From Eledone cirrhosa (Eukaryota): 64,000 nt of DNA. The position numbers and the translations under genes are program-made. The notes beneath the pieces were generated by a model that saw nothing but the letters and a program-made list of their open reading frames with translations, made no database searches and was not told the DNA's origin. The stretch covers positions 10,044,001 through 10,108,000 of the forward strand of contig OZ024749.1 of NCBI GenBank assembly GCA_964016885.1, given 5' to 3'. Below, in pieces: positions 35,701 to 48,900 of this stretch (its first letter is position 1; each line of letters opens with the position of its first letter).

Positions 35701-38700
35701 CTTGAGACCCAGTCCTCACTCTCCTCCTTGGGGCTTGAGTCAGACTTTAGACTTTAGACCCAGACCTCACTCTCCTCCTTGGGGCTTGAGTTAGATTTAG
35801 ACTCAGTCCTCACTCTCCTTCTTGGGGCTTGAGTCAGAATTTAGACCCAGTCCTCACTCTCCTCCTTGGGGATTGAGTTAGACATTTGACCCAGTCCTCA
35901 CTCTCCTCCTTGGGGCTTGAGTCAGACTTTAGACCCAGTCCTCACTCTCCTCTTGGGGCTTGAGTCAGACTTTAGACTTTAGACCCAGTCCTCACTCTCC
36001 TCTTTGGGGCTTGAGTCAGAATTTAGACCCAGTCCTCACTCTCCTACTTGGGGATAGAGTTAGACTTTAGACCCAGTCCCCACTCTCCTCCTTGGGGCTT
36101 GAGTTAAACTTTAGACCCAGTCCTCACTCTCCTTGGGGCTTGAGTCAGACTTTAGACCCAGTCCTCACTCTCCTCCTTGGGGCTTGAGTTAGATTTAGAC
36201 TCAGTCCTCACTCTCCTTCTTGGGGCTTGAGTCAGAATTTAGACCCAGTCCTCACTCTCCTTCTTGGGGATTGAGTTAGACATTTGACCCAGTCCTCACT
36301 CTCCTCCTTGGGGCTTGAGTCAGACTTTAGACCCAGTCCTCACTCTCCTCTTGGGGCTTGAGTCAGACTTTAGACTTTAGACCCAGTCCTCACTCTCCTC
36401 TTTGGGGCTTGAGTCAGAATTTAGACCCAGTCCTCACTCTCCTACTTGGGGATAGAGTTAGACTTTAGACCCAGTCCTCACTCTCCTCCTTGGGGCTTGA
36501 GTTAAACTTTAGACCCAGTCCTCACTCTCCTTGGGGCTTGAGTCAGACTTTAGACCCAGTCCTCACTCTCCTCCTTGGGGCTTGAGTTAGACTTTAGACC
36601 CAGTCCTCACTCTCCTCCTTGGGGCTTGGGTCAGACTTTAAACTTTAGACCCAGTCCTCACTCTCCTTGGGACTTGAGCCAGACTTTAGACCCAGTCCTC
36701 GCTCCTCCTTCGGGCTTTAATCAGATTGTAGACCCAGTCCTCATTCTCCTTCTTGGGGTTTGAGTCAGACTTTAGACCCAGTCCTCACTCTCCTCCTTCG
36801 GGCTTTAATCAGATTTTAGACTCAGTCCTCACTCTCCTTCTTGGGGTTTGAGTCAGACTTTAGACTTTAGACCCAGTCCTCACTCTCCTACTTGGGGCTT
36901 GAGCTAGACTTTAGACCCATTCCTCACTCTCCTCCTTGGGGCTTGAGTCACACTTTAGACCCAGTCCTCACTCTCCTCCTTGGGGCTTGAGTCAGACTTT
37001 AGACCCAGTCCTCACTCTTCTTCTTGGGGCTAGAGTCAGACTTTAGACCCAGTCCTCACTCTCCTGCTTGGGGCTTGAGTCAGACTTTAGACCCAATCCT
37101 CACTCTCCTCCTTGGGGCTTTAATCAGATTTTAGACCCAGTCCTCATTCTCCTTCTTGGGGCTTGAGTCAGACTTTAGACCCAGTCTTCACTCTCCTCCT
37201 TGGGGCTTGAGTTAGACTTTAGACTCAGTCCTCACTCTCCTTCTTGGGGCTTGACTCAGACTTTAGATTTTAGACCCAGTCCTCACTCTCCTCCTTGGGG
37301 CTTGAGCTAGACTTTAGACCCAGTCCTCACTCTTCTCCTTGGGGCTTGAGTTAGACTTTAGACCCAGTCCTCACTCTCCTTCTTGGGGCTTGAGTCAGAC
37401 TTTAGACCCAGTCCTCACTCTCCTCCTTGGGGCTTGAGTTAGACTTTAGACCCAGTCCTCACTCTCCTCCTTGGGGCTTGAGTCAAACTTTAGACCCACT
37501 CCTCACTCTCCTCCTTGGGGTTTGAGTCAGATTTTAGAACCAGTCCTCACTCTCCTTGGGGCTTGAGTCAAACTATAGACCCAGTCCTCACTCTCCTCCT
37601 TGGGGCTTGAGTTAGACTTTAGACCCAGTCCTCATACTCCTTCTTGGGGCTTGAGTCAGACTTTAGACCCAGTACTCACTCTCCTCCTTGGGGCTTGAGT
37701 CAGACTTGAGACCCAGTCCTCACTCTCCTCCTTGGGGCTTGAGTCAGACTTTAGACTTTAGACCCAGACCTCACTCTCCTATCTTGGGGCTTGAGTTAGA
37801 TTTAGACTCAGTCCTCACTCTCCTTCTTGGGGCTTGAGTCAGAATTTAGACCCAGTCCTCACTCTCCTCCTTGGGGATTGAGTTAGACATTTGACCCAGT
37901 CCTCACTCTCCTCCTTGGGGCTTGAGTCAGACTTTAGACCCAGTCCTCACTCTTCTTCTTGGGGCTAGAGTCAGACATTAGACCCAGTCCTCACTCTCCT
38001 CCTTGGAGCTTGAGTTAGACTTTTGACCCAGTCCTCACTCTCCTCCTTGGGGCTTGAGTCAGACTTTAGACCCAGTCCTCACTCTCCTCCTTGGGGCTTG
38101 AGTCAGACTTTAGACTTTAGACCCAGTCCTCACTCTCCTCCTTGAGGCTTGAGTCAGGCTTTAGACTTTAGACCCAGTTCCCACTCTCCTCCTTGGGGTT
38201 TGAGTCAGACCTTAGACCCACTCCTCACTCTCCTCCTTGGGCTTACGTCAGAATTTAGACCCAGTCCTCACTCTCCTCCTTGGGGATTGAATTAGACTTT
38301 AGACCCATTCCTCACTCTCCTCTTTGGGGCTTGAGTCAGACTTTAGACCCAGTCCTCACTCTCCTCCTTGGGGCTTGAGTCAGACTTTAGACCCAGTCCT
38401 CACTCTCCTCCTTGGAGCTTGAGTTAGACTTTTGACCCAGTCCTGACTCTCCTCCTTGGGGCTTGAGTCAGACTTTAGACCCAGTCCTCACTCTCCTCCT
38501 TGGGGCTTGAGTCAGACTTTAGACTTCAGACCCAGTCCTCACTCTCCTCCTTGAGGCTTGAGTCAGGCTTTAGACTTTAGACCCAGTCCCCACTCTCCTC
38601 CTTGGGGTTTGAGTCAGACTTTAGACCCAGTCCTCACTCTCCTCCTTGGGGCTTGAGTCAGACTTTAGACCCAGTCCTCACTCTCCTCCTTGGGGCTTGA

Positions 38701-41700
38701 GTCACACTTTAGACCCAGTCCTCACTCTCCTCCTTGGGGCTTGAGTCAGACTTTAGACCCAGTCCTCACTCTTCTTCTTGGGGCTAGAGTCAGACTTTAG
38801 ACCCAGTCCTCACTCTCCTGCTTGGGGCTTGAGTCAGACTTTAGACCCAATCCTCACTCTCCTCCTTGGGGCTTTAATCAGATTTTAGACCCAGTCCTCA
38901 TTCTCCTTCTTGGGGCTTGAGTCAGACTTTAGACCCAGTCTTCACTCTCCTCCTTGGGGCTTGAGTTAGACTTTAGACTCAGTCCTCACTCTCCTTCTTG
39001 GGGCTTGACTCAGACTTTAGATTTTAGACCCAGTCCTCACTCTCCTCCTTGGGGCTTGAGCTAGACTTTAGACCCAGTCCTCACTCTTCTCCTTGGGGCT
39101 TGAGTTAGACTTTAGACCCAGTCCTCACTCTCCTTCTTGGGGCTTGAGTCAGACTTTAGACCCAGTCCTCACTCTCCTCCTTGGGGCTTGAGTTAGACTT
39201 TAGACCCAGTCCTCACTCTCCTCCTTGGGGCTTGAGTCAAACTTTAGACCCACTCCTCACTCTCCTCCTTGGGGTTTGAGTCAGATTTTAGAACCAGTCC
39301 TCACTCTCCTTGGGGCTTGAGTCAAACTATAGACCCAGTCCTCACTCTCCTCCTTGGGGCTTGAGTTAGACTTTAGACCCAGTCCTCATACTCCTTCTTG
39401 GGGCTTGAGTCAGACTTTAGACCCAGTACTCACTCTCCTCCTTGGGGCTTGAGTCAGACTTGAGACCCAGTCCTCACTCTCCTCCTTGGGGCTTGAGTCA
39501 GACTTTAGACTTTAGACCCAGACCTCACTCTCCTCCTTGGGGCTTGAGTTAGATTTAGACTCAGTCCTCACTCTCCTTCTTGGGGCTTGAGTCAGAATTT
39601 AGACCCAGTCCTCACTCTCCTCCTTGGGGATTGAGTTAGACATTTGACCCAGTCCTCACTCTCCTCCTTGGGGCTTGAGTCAGACTTTAGACCCAGTCCT
39701 CACTCTCCTCTTGGGGCTTGAGTCAGACTTTAGACTTTAGACCCAGTCCTCACTCTCCTCTTTGGGGCTTGAGTCAGAATTTAGACCCAGTCCTCACTCT
39801 CCTACTTGGGGATAGAGTTAGACTTTAGACCCAGTCCCCACTCTCCTCCTTGGGGCTTGAGTTAAACTTTAGACCCAGTCCTCACTCTCCTTGGGGCTTG
39901 AGTCAGACTTTAGACCCAGTCCTCACTCTCCTCCTTGGGGCTTGAGTTAGACTTTAGACCCAGTCCTCACTCTCCTCCTTGGGGCTTGGGTCAGACTTTA
40001 AACTTTAGACCCAGTCCTCACTCTCCTTGGGACTTGAGCCAGACTTTAGACCCAGTCCTCGCTCCTCCTTCGGGCTTTAATCAGATTGTAGACCCAGTCC
40101 TCATTCTCCTTCTTGGGGTTTGAGTCAGACTTTAGACCCAGTCCTCACTCTCCTCCTTCGGGCTTTAATCAGATTTTAGACTCAGTCCTCACTCTCCTTC
40201 TTGGGGTTTGAGTCAGACTTTAGACTTTAGACCCAGTCCTCACTCTCCTACTTGGGGCTTGAGCTAGACTTTAGACCCATTCCTCACTCTCCTCCTTGGG
40301 GCTTGAGTCACACTTTAGACCCAGTCCTCACTCTCCTCCTTGGGGCTTGAGTCAGACTTTAGACCCAGTCCTCACTCTTCTTCTTGGGGCTAGAGTCAGA
40401 CATTAGACCCAGTCCTCACTCTCCTCCTTGGAGCTTGAGTTAGACTTTTGACCCAGTCCTCACTCTCCTCCTTGGGGCTTGAGTCAGACTTTAGACCCAG
40501 TCCTCACTCTCCTCCTTGGGGCTTGAGTCAGACTTTAGACTTTAGACCCAGTCCTCACTCTCCTCCTTGAGGCTTGAGTCAGGTTTTAGACTTTAGACCC
40601 AGTTCCCACTCTCCTCCTTGGGGTTTGAGTCAGACCTTAGACCCACTCCTCACTCTCCTCCTTGGGCTTACGTCAGAATTTAGACCCAGTCCTCACTCTC
40701 CTCCTTGGGGATTGAATTAGACTTTAGACCCATTCCTCACTCTCCTCTTTGGGGCTTGAGTCAGACTTTAGACCCAGTCCTCACTCTCCTCCTTGGGGCT
40801 TGAGTCAGACTTTAGACCCAGTCCTCACTCTCCTCCTTGGAGCTTGAGTTAGACTTTTGACCCAGTCCTGACTCTCCTCCTTGGGGCTTGAGTCAGACTT
40901 TAGACTTCAGACCCAGTCCTCACTCTCCTCCTTGAGGCTTGAGTCAGGCTTTAGACTTTAGACCCAGTCCCCACTCTCCTCCTTGGGGTTTGAGTCAGAC
41001 TTTAGACCCAGTCCTCACTCTCCTCCTTGGGGCTTGAGTCAGACTTTAGACCCAGTCCTCACTCTCCTCCTTGGGACTTCGCCAGACTTTAGACCCAGTC
41101 CTCACTCTCCTCTTTGGGGCTTGGGTTAGACATTAGACCCAGTCCTCACTCTCCTTCTTGGGGCTTGAGTCAGACTTTAGACCCAATCCTCACTCTCCTC
41201 CTTGGGGCTTTAATCAGATTTTAGACCCAGTCCTCATTCTCCTTCTTGGGGCTTGAGTCAGACTTTAGACCCAGTCTTCACTCTCCTCCTTGGGGCTTGA
41301 GTTAGACTTTAGACTCAGTCCTCACTCTCCTTCTTGGGGCTTGACTCAGACTTTAGATTTTAGACCCAGTCCTCACTCTCCTCCTTGGGGCTTGAGCTAG
41401 ACTTTAGACCCAGTCCTCACTCTTCTCCTTGGGGCTTGAGTTAGACTTTAGACCCAGTCCTCACTCTCCTTCTTGGGGCTTGAGTCAGACTTTAGACCCA
41501 GTCCTCACTCTCCTCCTTGGGGCTTGAGTTAGACTTTAGACCCAGTCCTCACTCTCCTCCTTGGGGCTTGAGTCAAACTTTAGACCCACTCCTCACTCTC
41601 CTCCTTGGGGTTTGAGTCAGATTTTAGAACCAGTCCTCACTCTCCTTGGGGCTTGAGTCAAACTATAGACCCAGTCCTCACTCTCCTCCTTGGGGCTTAA

Positions 41701-44700
41701 GTTAGACTTTAGACCCAGTCCTCATACTCCTTCTTGGGGCTTGAGTCAGACTTTAGACCCAGTACTCACTCTCCTCCTTGGGGCTTGAGTCAGACTTGAG
41801 ACCCAGTCCTCACTCTCCTCCTTGGGGCTTGAGTCAGACTTTAGACTTTAGACCCAGACCTCACTCTCCTCCTTGGGGCTTGAGTTAGATTTAGACTCAG
41901 TCCTCACTCTCCTTCTTGGGGCTTGAGTCAGAATTTAGACCCAGTCCTCACTCTCCTCCTTGGGGATTGAGTTAGACATTTGACCCAGTCCTCACTCTCC
42001 TCCTTGGGGCTTGAGTCAGACTTTAGACCCAGTCCTCACTCTCCTCTTGGGGCTTGAGTCAGACTTTAGACTTTAGACCCAGTCCTCACTCTCCTCTTTG
42101 GGGCTTGAGTCAGAATTTAGACCCAGTCCTCACTCTCCTACTTGGGGATAGAGTTAGACTTTAGACCCAGTCCTCACTCTCCTCCTTGGGGCTTGAGTTA
42201 AACTTTAGACCCAGTCCTCACTCTCCTTGGGGCTTGAGTCAGACTTTAGACCCAGTCCTCACTCTCCTCCTTGGGGCTTGAGTTAGACTTTAGACCCAGT
42301 CCTCACTCTCCTCCTTGGGGCTTGGGTCAGACTTTAAACTTTAGACCCAGTCCTCACTCTCCTTGGGACTTGAGCCAGACTTTAGACCCAGTCCTCGCTC
42401 CTCCTTCGGGCTTTAATCAGATTGTAGACCCAGTCCTCATTCTCCTTCTTGGGGTTTGAGTCAGACTTTAGACCCAGTCCTCACTCTCCTCCTTCGGGCT
42501 TTAATCAGATTTTAGACTCAGTCCTCACTCTCCTTCTTGGGGTTTGAGTCAGACTTTAGACTTTAGACCCAGTCCTCACTCTCCTACTTGGGGCTTGAGC
42601 TAGACTTTAGACCCATTCCTCACTCTCCTCCTTGGGGCTTGAGTCACACTTTAGACCCGGTCCTCACTCTCCTCCTTGGGGCTTGAGTCAGACTTTAGAC
42701 CCAGTCCTCACTCTTCTTCTTGGGGCTAGCGTCAGACTTTAGACCCAGTCCTCACTCTCCTCCTTGGAGCTTGAGTTAGACTTTTGACCCAGTCCTCACT
42801 CTCCTCCTTGGGGCTTGAGTCAGACTTTAGACCCAGTCCTCACTCTCCTCCTTGGGGCTTGAGTCAGACTTTAGACTTTAGACCCAGTCCTCACTCTCCT
42901 CCTTGAGGCTTGAGTCAGGCTTTAGACTTTAGACCCAGTTCCCACTCTCCTCCTTGGGGTTTGAGTCAGACCTTAGACCCACTCCTCACTCTCCTCCTTG
43001 GGCTTACGTCAGAATTTAGACCCAGTCCTCACTCTCCTCCTTGGGGATTGAATTAGACTTTAGACCCAGTCCTCACTCTCTTCCTTGGGGCTTGAGTCAG
43101 ACTTTAGACCCAGTCCTCACTCTCTTCCTTGGGGCTTGAGTCAGACTTTAGACTTTAGACCCAGACCTCACTCTCCTCCTTGGGGCTTGAGTTAGATTTA
43201 GACTCAGTCCTCACTCTCCTTCTTGCGGCTTGAGTCAGATTTTAGACTTTAGACCCAGTCCTCACTCTCCTCCTTGGGGCTTGTGTCAGACTTTAAACTT
43301 TAGACCCAGTCCTCACTCTCCTCCTTGGGGCTTGAGTCAGACTTTAGACCCAGTCCTCACTCTCCTCCTTGGAGCTTGAGTTAGACTTTTGACCCAGTCC
43401 TGACTCTCCTCCTTGGGGCTTGAGTCAGACTTTAGACCCAGTCCTCACTCTCCTCCTTGGGGCTTGAGTCAGACTTTAGACTTCAGACCCAGTCCTCACT
43501 CTCCTCCTTGAGGCTTGAGTCAGGCTTTAGACCTTAGACCCAGTCCCCACTCTCCTCCTTGGGGTTTGAGTCAGACTTTAGACCCAGTCCTCACTATCCT
43601 CCTTGGGGCTTGAGTCAGACTTTAGACCCAGTCCTCACTCTCCTCCTTGGGACTTCGCCAGACTTTAGACCCAGTCCTCACTCTCCTCTTTGGGGCTTGG
43701 GTTAGACATTAGACCCAGTCCTCACTCTCCTCCTTGGGGCTTGAGTCAGACTTTAGACCCAATCCTCACTCTCCTCCTTGGGGCTTTAATCAGATTTTAG
43801 ACCCAGTCCTCATTCTCCTTCTTGGGGCTTGAGTCAGACTTTAGACCCAGTCTTCACTCTCCTCCTTGGGGCTTGAGTTAGACTTTAGACTCAGTCCTCA
43901 CTCTCCTTCTTGGGGCTTGACTCAGACTTTAGATTTTAGACCCAGTCCTCACTCTCCTCCTTGGGGCTTGAGCTAGACTTTAGACCCAGTCCTCACTCTT
44001 CTCCTTGGGGCTTGAGTTAGACTTTAGACCCAGTCCTCACTCTCCTTCTTGGGGCTTGAGTCAGACTTTAGACCCAGTCCTCACTCTCCTCCTTGGGGCT
44101 TGAGTTAGACTTTAGACCCAGTCCTCACTCTCCTCCTTGGGGCTTGAGTCAAACTTTAGACCCACTCCTCACTCTCCTCCTTGGGGTTTGAGTCAGATTT
44201 TAGAACCAGTCCTCACTCTCCTTGGGGCTTGAGTCAAACTATAGACCCAGTCCTCAGTCTCCTCCTTGGGGCTTGAGTTAGACTTTAGACCCAGTCCTCA
44301 TACTCCTTCTTGGGGCTTGAGTCAGACTTTAGACCCAGTACTCACTCTCCTCCTTGGGGCTTGAGTCAGACTTGAGACCCAGTCCTCACTCTCCTCCTTG
44401 GGGCTTGAGTCAAACTTTAGACTTTAGACCCAGACCTCACTCTCCTCCTTGGGGCTTGAGTTAGATTTAGACTCAGTCCTCACTCTCCTTCTTGGGGCTT
44501 GAGTCAGAATTTAGACCCAGTCCTCACTCTCCTCCTTGGGGATTGAGTTAGACATTTGACCCAGTCCTCACTCTCCTCCTTGGGGCTTGAGTCAGACTTT
44601 AGACCCAGTCCTCACTCTCCTCTTGGGGCTTGAGTCAGACTTTAGACTTTAGACCCAGTCCTCACTCTCCTCTTTGGGGCTTGAGTCAGAATTTAGACCC

Positions 44701-45900
44701 AGTCCTCACTCTCCTACTTGGGGATAGAGTTAGACTTTAGACCCAGTCCTCACTCTCCTCCTTGGGGCTTGAGTTAAACTTTAGACCCAGTCCTCACTCT
44801 CCTTGGGGCTTGAGTCAGACTTTAGACCCAGTCCTCACTCTCCTCCTTGGGGCTTGAGTTAGACTTTAGACCCAGTCCTCACTCTCCTCCTTGGGGCTTG
44901 GGTCAGACTTTAAACTTTAGACCCAGTCCTCACTCTCCTTGGGACTTGAGCCAGACTTTAGACCCAGTCCTCGCTCCTCCTTCGGGCTTTAATCAGATTG
45001 TAGACCCAGTCCTCATTCTCCTTCTTGGGGTTTGAGTCAGACTTTAGACCCAGTCCTCACTCTCCTCCTTCGGGCTTTAATCAGATTTTAGACTCAGTCC
45101 TCACTCTCCTTCTTGGGGTTTGAGTCAGACTTTAGACTTTAGACCCAGTCCTCACTCTCCTACTTGGGGCTTGAGCTAGACTTTAGACCCATTCCTCACT
45201 CTCCTCCTTGGGGCTTGAGTCACACTTTAGACCCAGTCCTCACTCTCCTCCTTGGGGCTTGAGTCAGACTTTAGACCCAGTCCTCACTCTTCTTCTTGGG
45301 GCTAGAGTCAGACTTTAGACCCAGTCCTCACTCTCCTCCTTGGAGCTTGAGTTAGACTTTTGACCCAGTCCTCACTCTCCTCCTTGGGGCTTGAGTCAGA
45401 CTTTAGACCCAGTCCTCACTCTCCTCCTTGGGGCTTGAGTCAGATTTTAGACTTTAGACCCAGTCCTCACTCTCCTCCTTGAGGCTTGAGTCAGGCTTTA
45501 GACTTTAGACCCAGTTCCCACTCTCCTCCTTGGGGTTTGAGTCAGACCTTAGACCCACTCCTCACTCTCCTCCTTGGGCTTACGTCAGAATTTAGACCCA
45601 GTCCTCACTCTCCTCCTTGGGGATTGAATTAGACTTTAGACCCAGTCCTCACTCTCTTCCTTGGGGCTTGAGTCAGACTTTAGACCCAGTCCTCACTCTC
45701 TTCCTTGGGGCTTGAGTCAGACTTTAGACTTTAGACCCAGACCTCACTCTCCTCCTTGGGGCTTGAGTTAGATTTAGACTCAGTCCTCACTCTCCTTCTT
45801 GCGGCTTGAGTCAGATTTTAGACTTTAGACCCAGTCCTCACTCTCCTCCTTGGGGCTTGTGTCAGACTTTAAACTTTAGACCCAGTCCTCACTCTCCTCT
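23700..45900 (+). repeat. HOR domain B: homogeneous ~2.0-3.5 kb higher-order units
   Basis: Marker ORFs start at 23907, 26161, 29680, 32256, 34571, 36575, 39935, 42271 and 44847. The private marker CTTACGTCAG occurs at ~26893, 30413, 32988, 38242, 40667, 43003 and 45579. GGGATAGAG and GATTGTAGAC also recur. Confidence 0.85.
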
Positions 45901-48900
45901 TTGGGGCTTGGGTTAGACATTAGACCCAGTCCTCACTCTCCTTCTTGGGGCTTGAGTCAGACTTTAGACCCAGTCCTCACTCTCCTCCTTGGGGCTTTAA
46001 TCAGATTTTAGACCCAGTCCTCATTCTCCTTCTTGGGGCTTGAGTCAGACTTTAGACCCAGTCCTCACTCTCCTCCTTGGGGCTTTAATCAGATTTTAGA
46101 CCCAGTCCTCACTCTCCTCCTTGGGGCTTGGGTCAGACTTTAAACTTTAGACCCAGTCCTCACTCTCCTCTTTGGGGCTTGGGTTAGACATTAGACCCAG
46201 TCCTCACGCTCCTCCTTGGGGCTTGAGTCAGACTTTAGACCCAGTCTTCACTCTCCTCCTTGGGGCTTGAGTTAGACTTTAGACTCAGTGCTCACTCTCC
46301 GTCTTGGGGCTTCACTCAGACTTTAGACCCAGTCCTCACTCTCCTCCTTGGGGCTTGAGCTAGACTTTAGACCCAGTCCTCACTCTTCACCTTGTGGCTT
46401 GAGTTAGACTTTAGACCCAGTCCTCACTCTCCTTCTTGGGGCTTGAGTCAGACTTTAGACCCAGTCCTCACTCTCCTCCTTGAGGCTTGAGTTAGACTTT
46501 AGACCCAGTCCTCACGCTCCTCCTTGCGGCTTGAGTCAGACTTTAGACCCAGTCCTCACTCTCCTTGGGGCTTGAGTCAGAATTTACACTTTAGACCCAG
46601 TCCTCACTCTCCTCCTTGGGGCTTGAGTTAAACTTTAGACTTTAGACCCAGTCCTCACTCTCCTTCTTGGGGCTTGAGTCAGACTTCAGACCCAGTCCTC
46701 ACTCTCCTTCTTGGGGCTTGAGTTAGACTTTAGACCCTCTCCTCACTCTGCTCCTTGGGGCTGGGGTCAGACTTTAAACTTTAGACCCAGTCCTCACTCT
46801 CCTCCTTGGGGCTTGGGTCAGACTTTAAACTTTAGACCCAGTCCTCACTCTCCTCTTTGGGGCTTGGGTTAGACATTAGACCCAGTCCTCACGCTCCTCC
46901 TTGGGGCTTGAGTCAGACTTTAGACCCAGTCTTCACTCTCCTCCTTGGGGCTTGAGTTAGACTTTAGACTCAGTGCTCACTCTCCGTCTTGGGGCTTCAC
47001 TCAGACTTTAGACCCAGTCCTCACTCTCCTCCTTGGGGCTTGAGCTAGACTTTAGACCCAGTCCTCACTCTTCACCTTGTGGCTTGAGTTAGACTTTAGA
47101 CCCAGTCCTCACTCTCCTTCTTGGGGCTTGAGTCAGACTTTAGACCCAGTCCTCACTCTCCTCCTTGAGGCTTGAGTTAGACTTTAGACCCAGTCCTCAC
47201 GCTCCTCCTTGCGGCTTGAGTCAGACTTTAGACCCAGTCCTCACTCTCCTTGGGGCTTGAGTCAGAATTTACACTTTAGACCCTCTCCTCACTCTGCTCC
47301 TTGGGGCTGGGGTCAGACTTTAAACTTTAGACCCAATCCTCACTCTCCTCCTTGGGACTTGAGCCAGACTTTAGACCCAGTCCTGATTCTTCTCTTTGGG
47401 GCTTGGGTTAGACATTAGACCCAGTCCTCACTCTCCTTCTTGGGGCTTGAGTCAGACTTTAGACCCAGTCCTCACTCTCCTGCTTGGGGGTTGGGTTAGA
47501 CATTAGTCCCAGTCCTCACTCTCCTTCTTGGAACTTGAGTCAGACTTTAGACACAGACCTCACTCTCCTCCTTGGGGCTTGAGTCAGATTTTAGACCCAG
47601 TCCTCACTCTCCTTCTTAGGGCTTGAGTCAGACTTTAGACCCAGTCCTCACTCTCCTTCTTGGGGCTTGAGTTAGACTTTAGACCCAGTCCTCACTCTCA
47701 ATCTTGGAGCTTGAGTCAGACTTTAGACCCAGTCCTCACTCTCCTCCTTGGGGCTTGAGTCAGACTTTAGACCCAGTCCTCACTCTCCTCCTTGGGACTT
47801 TAGTCAGACTTTAGACCCAGTCCTCACTATCCTTGGGGCTTGAGTTAGACTTTAGACTCAGTCCTCACTCTCCTTCTTGTGGCTTGAGTTAGACTTTAGA
47901 CCCAGTCTTCACTCTCCTCCTTGGGGCTTGAGCTAGACTTTAGACCCAGTCCTCACTCTCCTCCTTGGGGCTTGAGTTAGACTTTAGACTTCAGACCCAG
48001 TCCTCACTCTCCTTCTTGGGGCTTGAGTCAGACTTTAGACCCAGTCCCCACTCTCCTCCTTGGGGCTTGAGTCAGACTTGAGACCCAGTCCTCACTCTCC
48101 TCCTTGAGACTTGAGTCAGACTTTAGACCCAGTCCTCACTCTGCTCCTTGGGGCTTGAGTCAGACTTGAGACCCAGTCCTCACTCTCCTCCTTGAGACTT
48201 GAGTCAGACTTTAGACCCAGTCCTCACTCTCCTCCTTGGGCCTTGAGTTAGACTTTAGACCCAGTCCTCACTCGCCTTCTTGGGGCTTGAGTCAGACTTT
48301 AGACCCAGTCCTCACTCTCCTTTTTGGCGCTTGAGTCAGACTTTAGACCCAGTCCTCACTCTCCTTCTTGGGGCTTGAGTCAGACTTTAGACCCAGTCCT
48401 CACTCTCTTCCTTGGGGCTTGAATCAGACTTTAGAGTTTAGACCCAGTCCTCACTCTCCTTGGGGCTTGAGTCAGACTTTAGACTTTAGATCCAGTCTTC
48501 ACTCTCCTCCTTGGGGCTTGAGTCAGACTTTAGACTTTAGACCCAGTCCCCACTCTCCTCCTTGGGACTTGAGCCAGAATTTAGACCCAATCCTCACTCT
48601 CCTTCTTGGGGCTTGAGTCAGACTTTAGACCCAGTCCTCACTCTCCTTCTTGGGGCTTGAATCAGACTTTAGACCCAGTCCTCACTCTCCCTGGGGCTTG
48701 AGTCAGACTTTAGTCTTTACACTCAGTCCTCACTCTCCTTCTTGGGGCTTGAGTCAGACTTTAGACTTTAGACCCAGTCCTCACTCTCCACCTTGAGACT
48801 TGAGTCAGACTTTAGACCCAGTCCTCACTCTCCTTCTTGGGGCTTGAGTCAGATTTAGACCCAGTCCGCACTCTCCTCCTTGGGCCTTGAGTTATACTTT

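Noticed and set aside
37775-37790. Unique 45-bp monomer (CTCCTATCTTGGGG)
   Set aside because: This singleton 1-bp insertion plus substitution cannot be distinguished from a sequencing or consensus error.
47616-47621. Telomere-like TTAGGG, and resemblance of TTTAGAC to TTTAGGG
   Set aside because: TTAGGG arises only as isolated single-base variants of TTGGGG. There are no tandem telomeric repeats.
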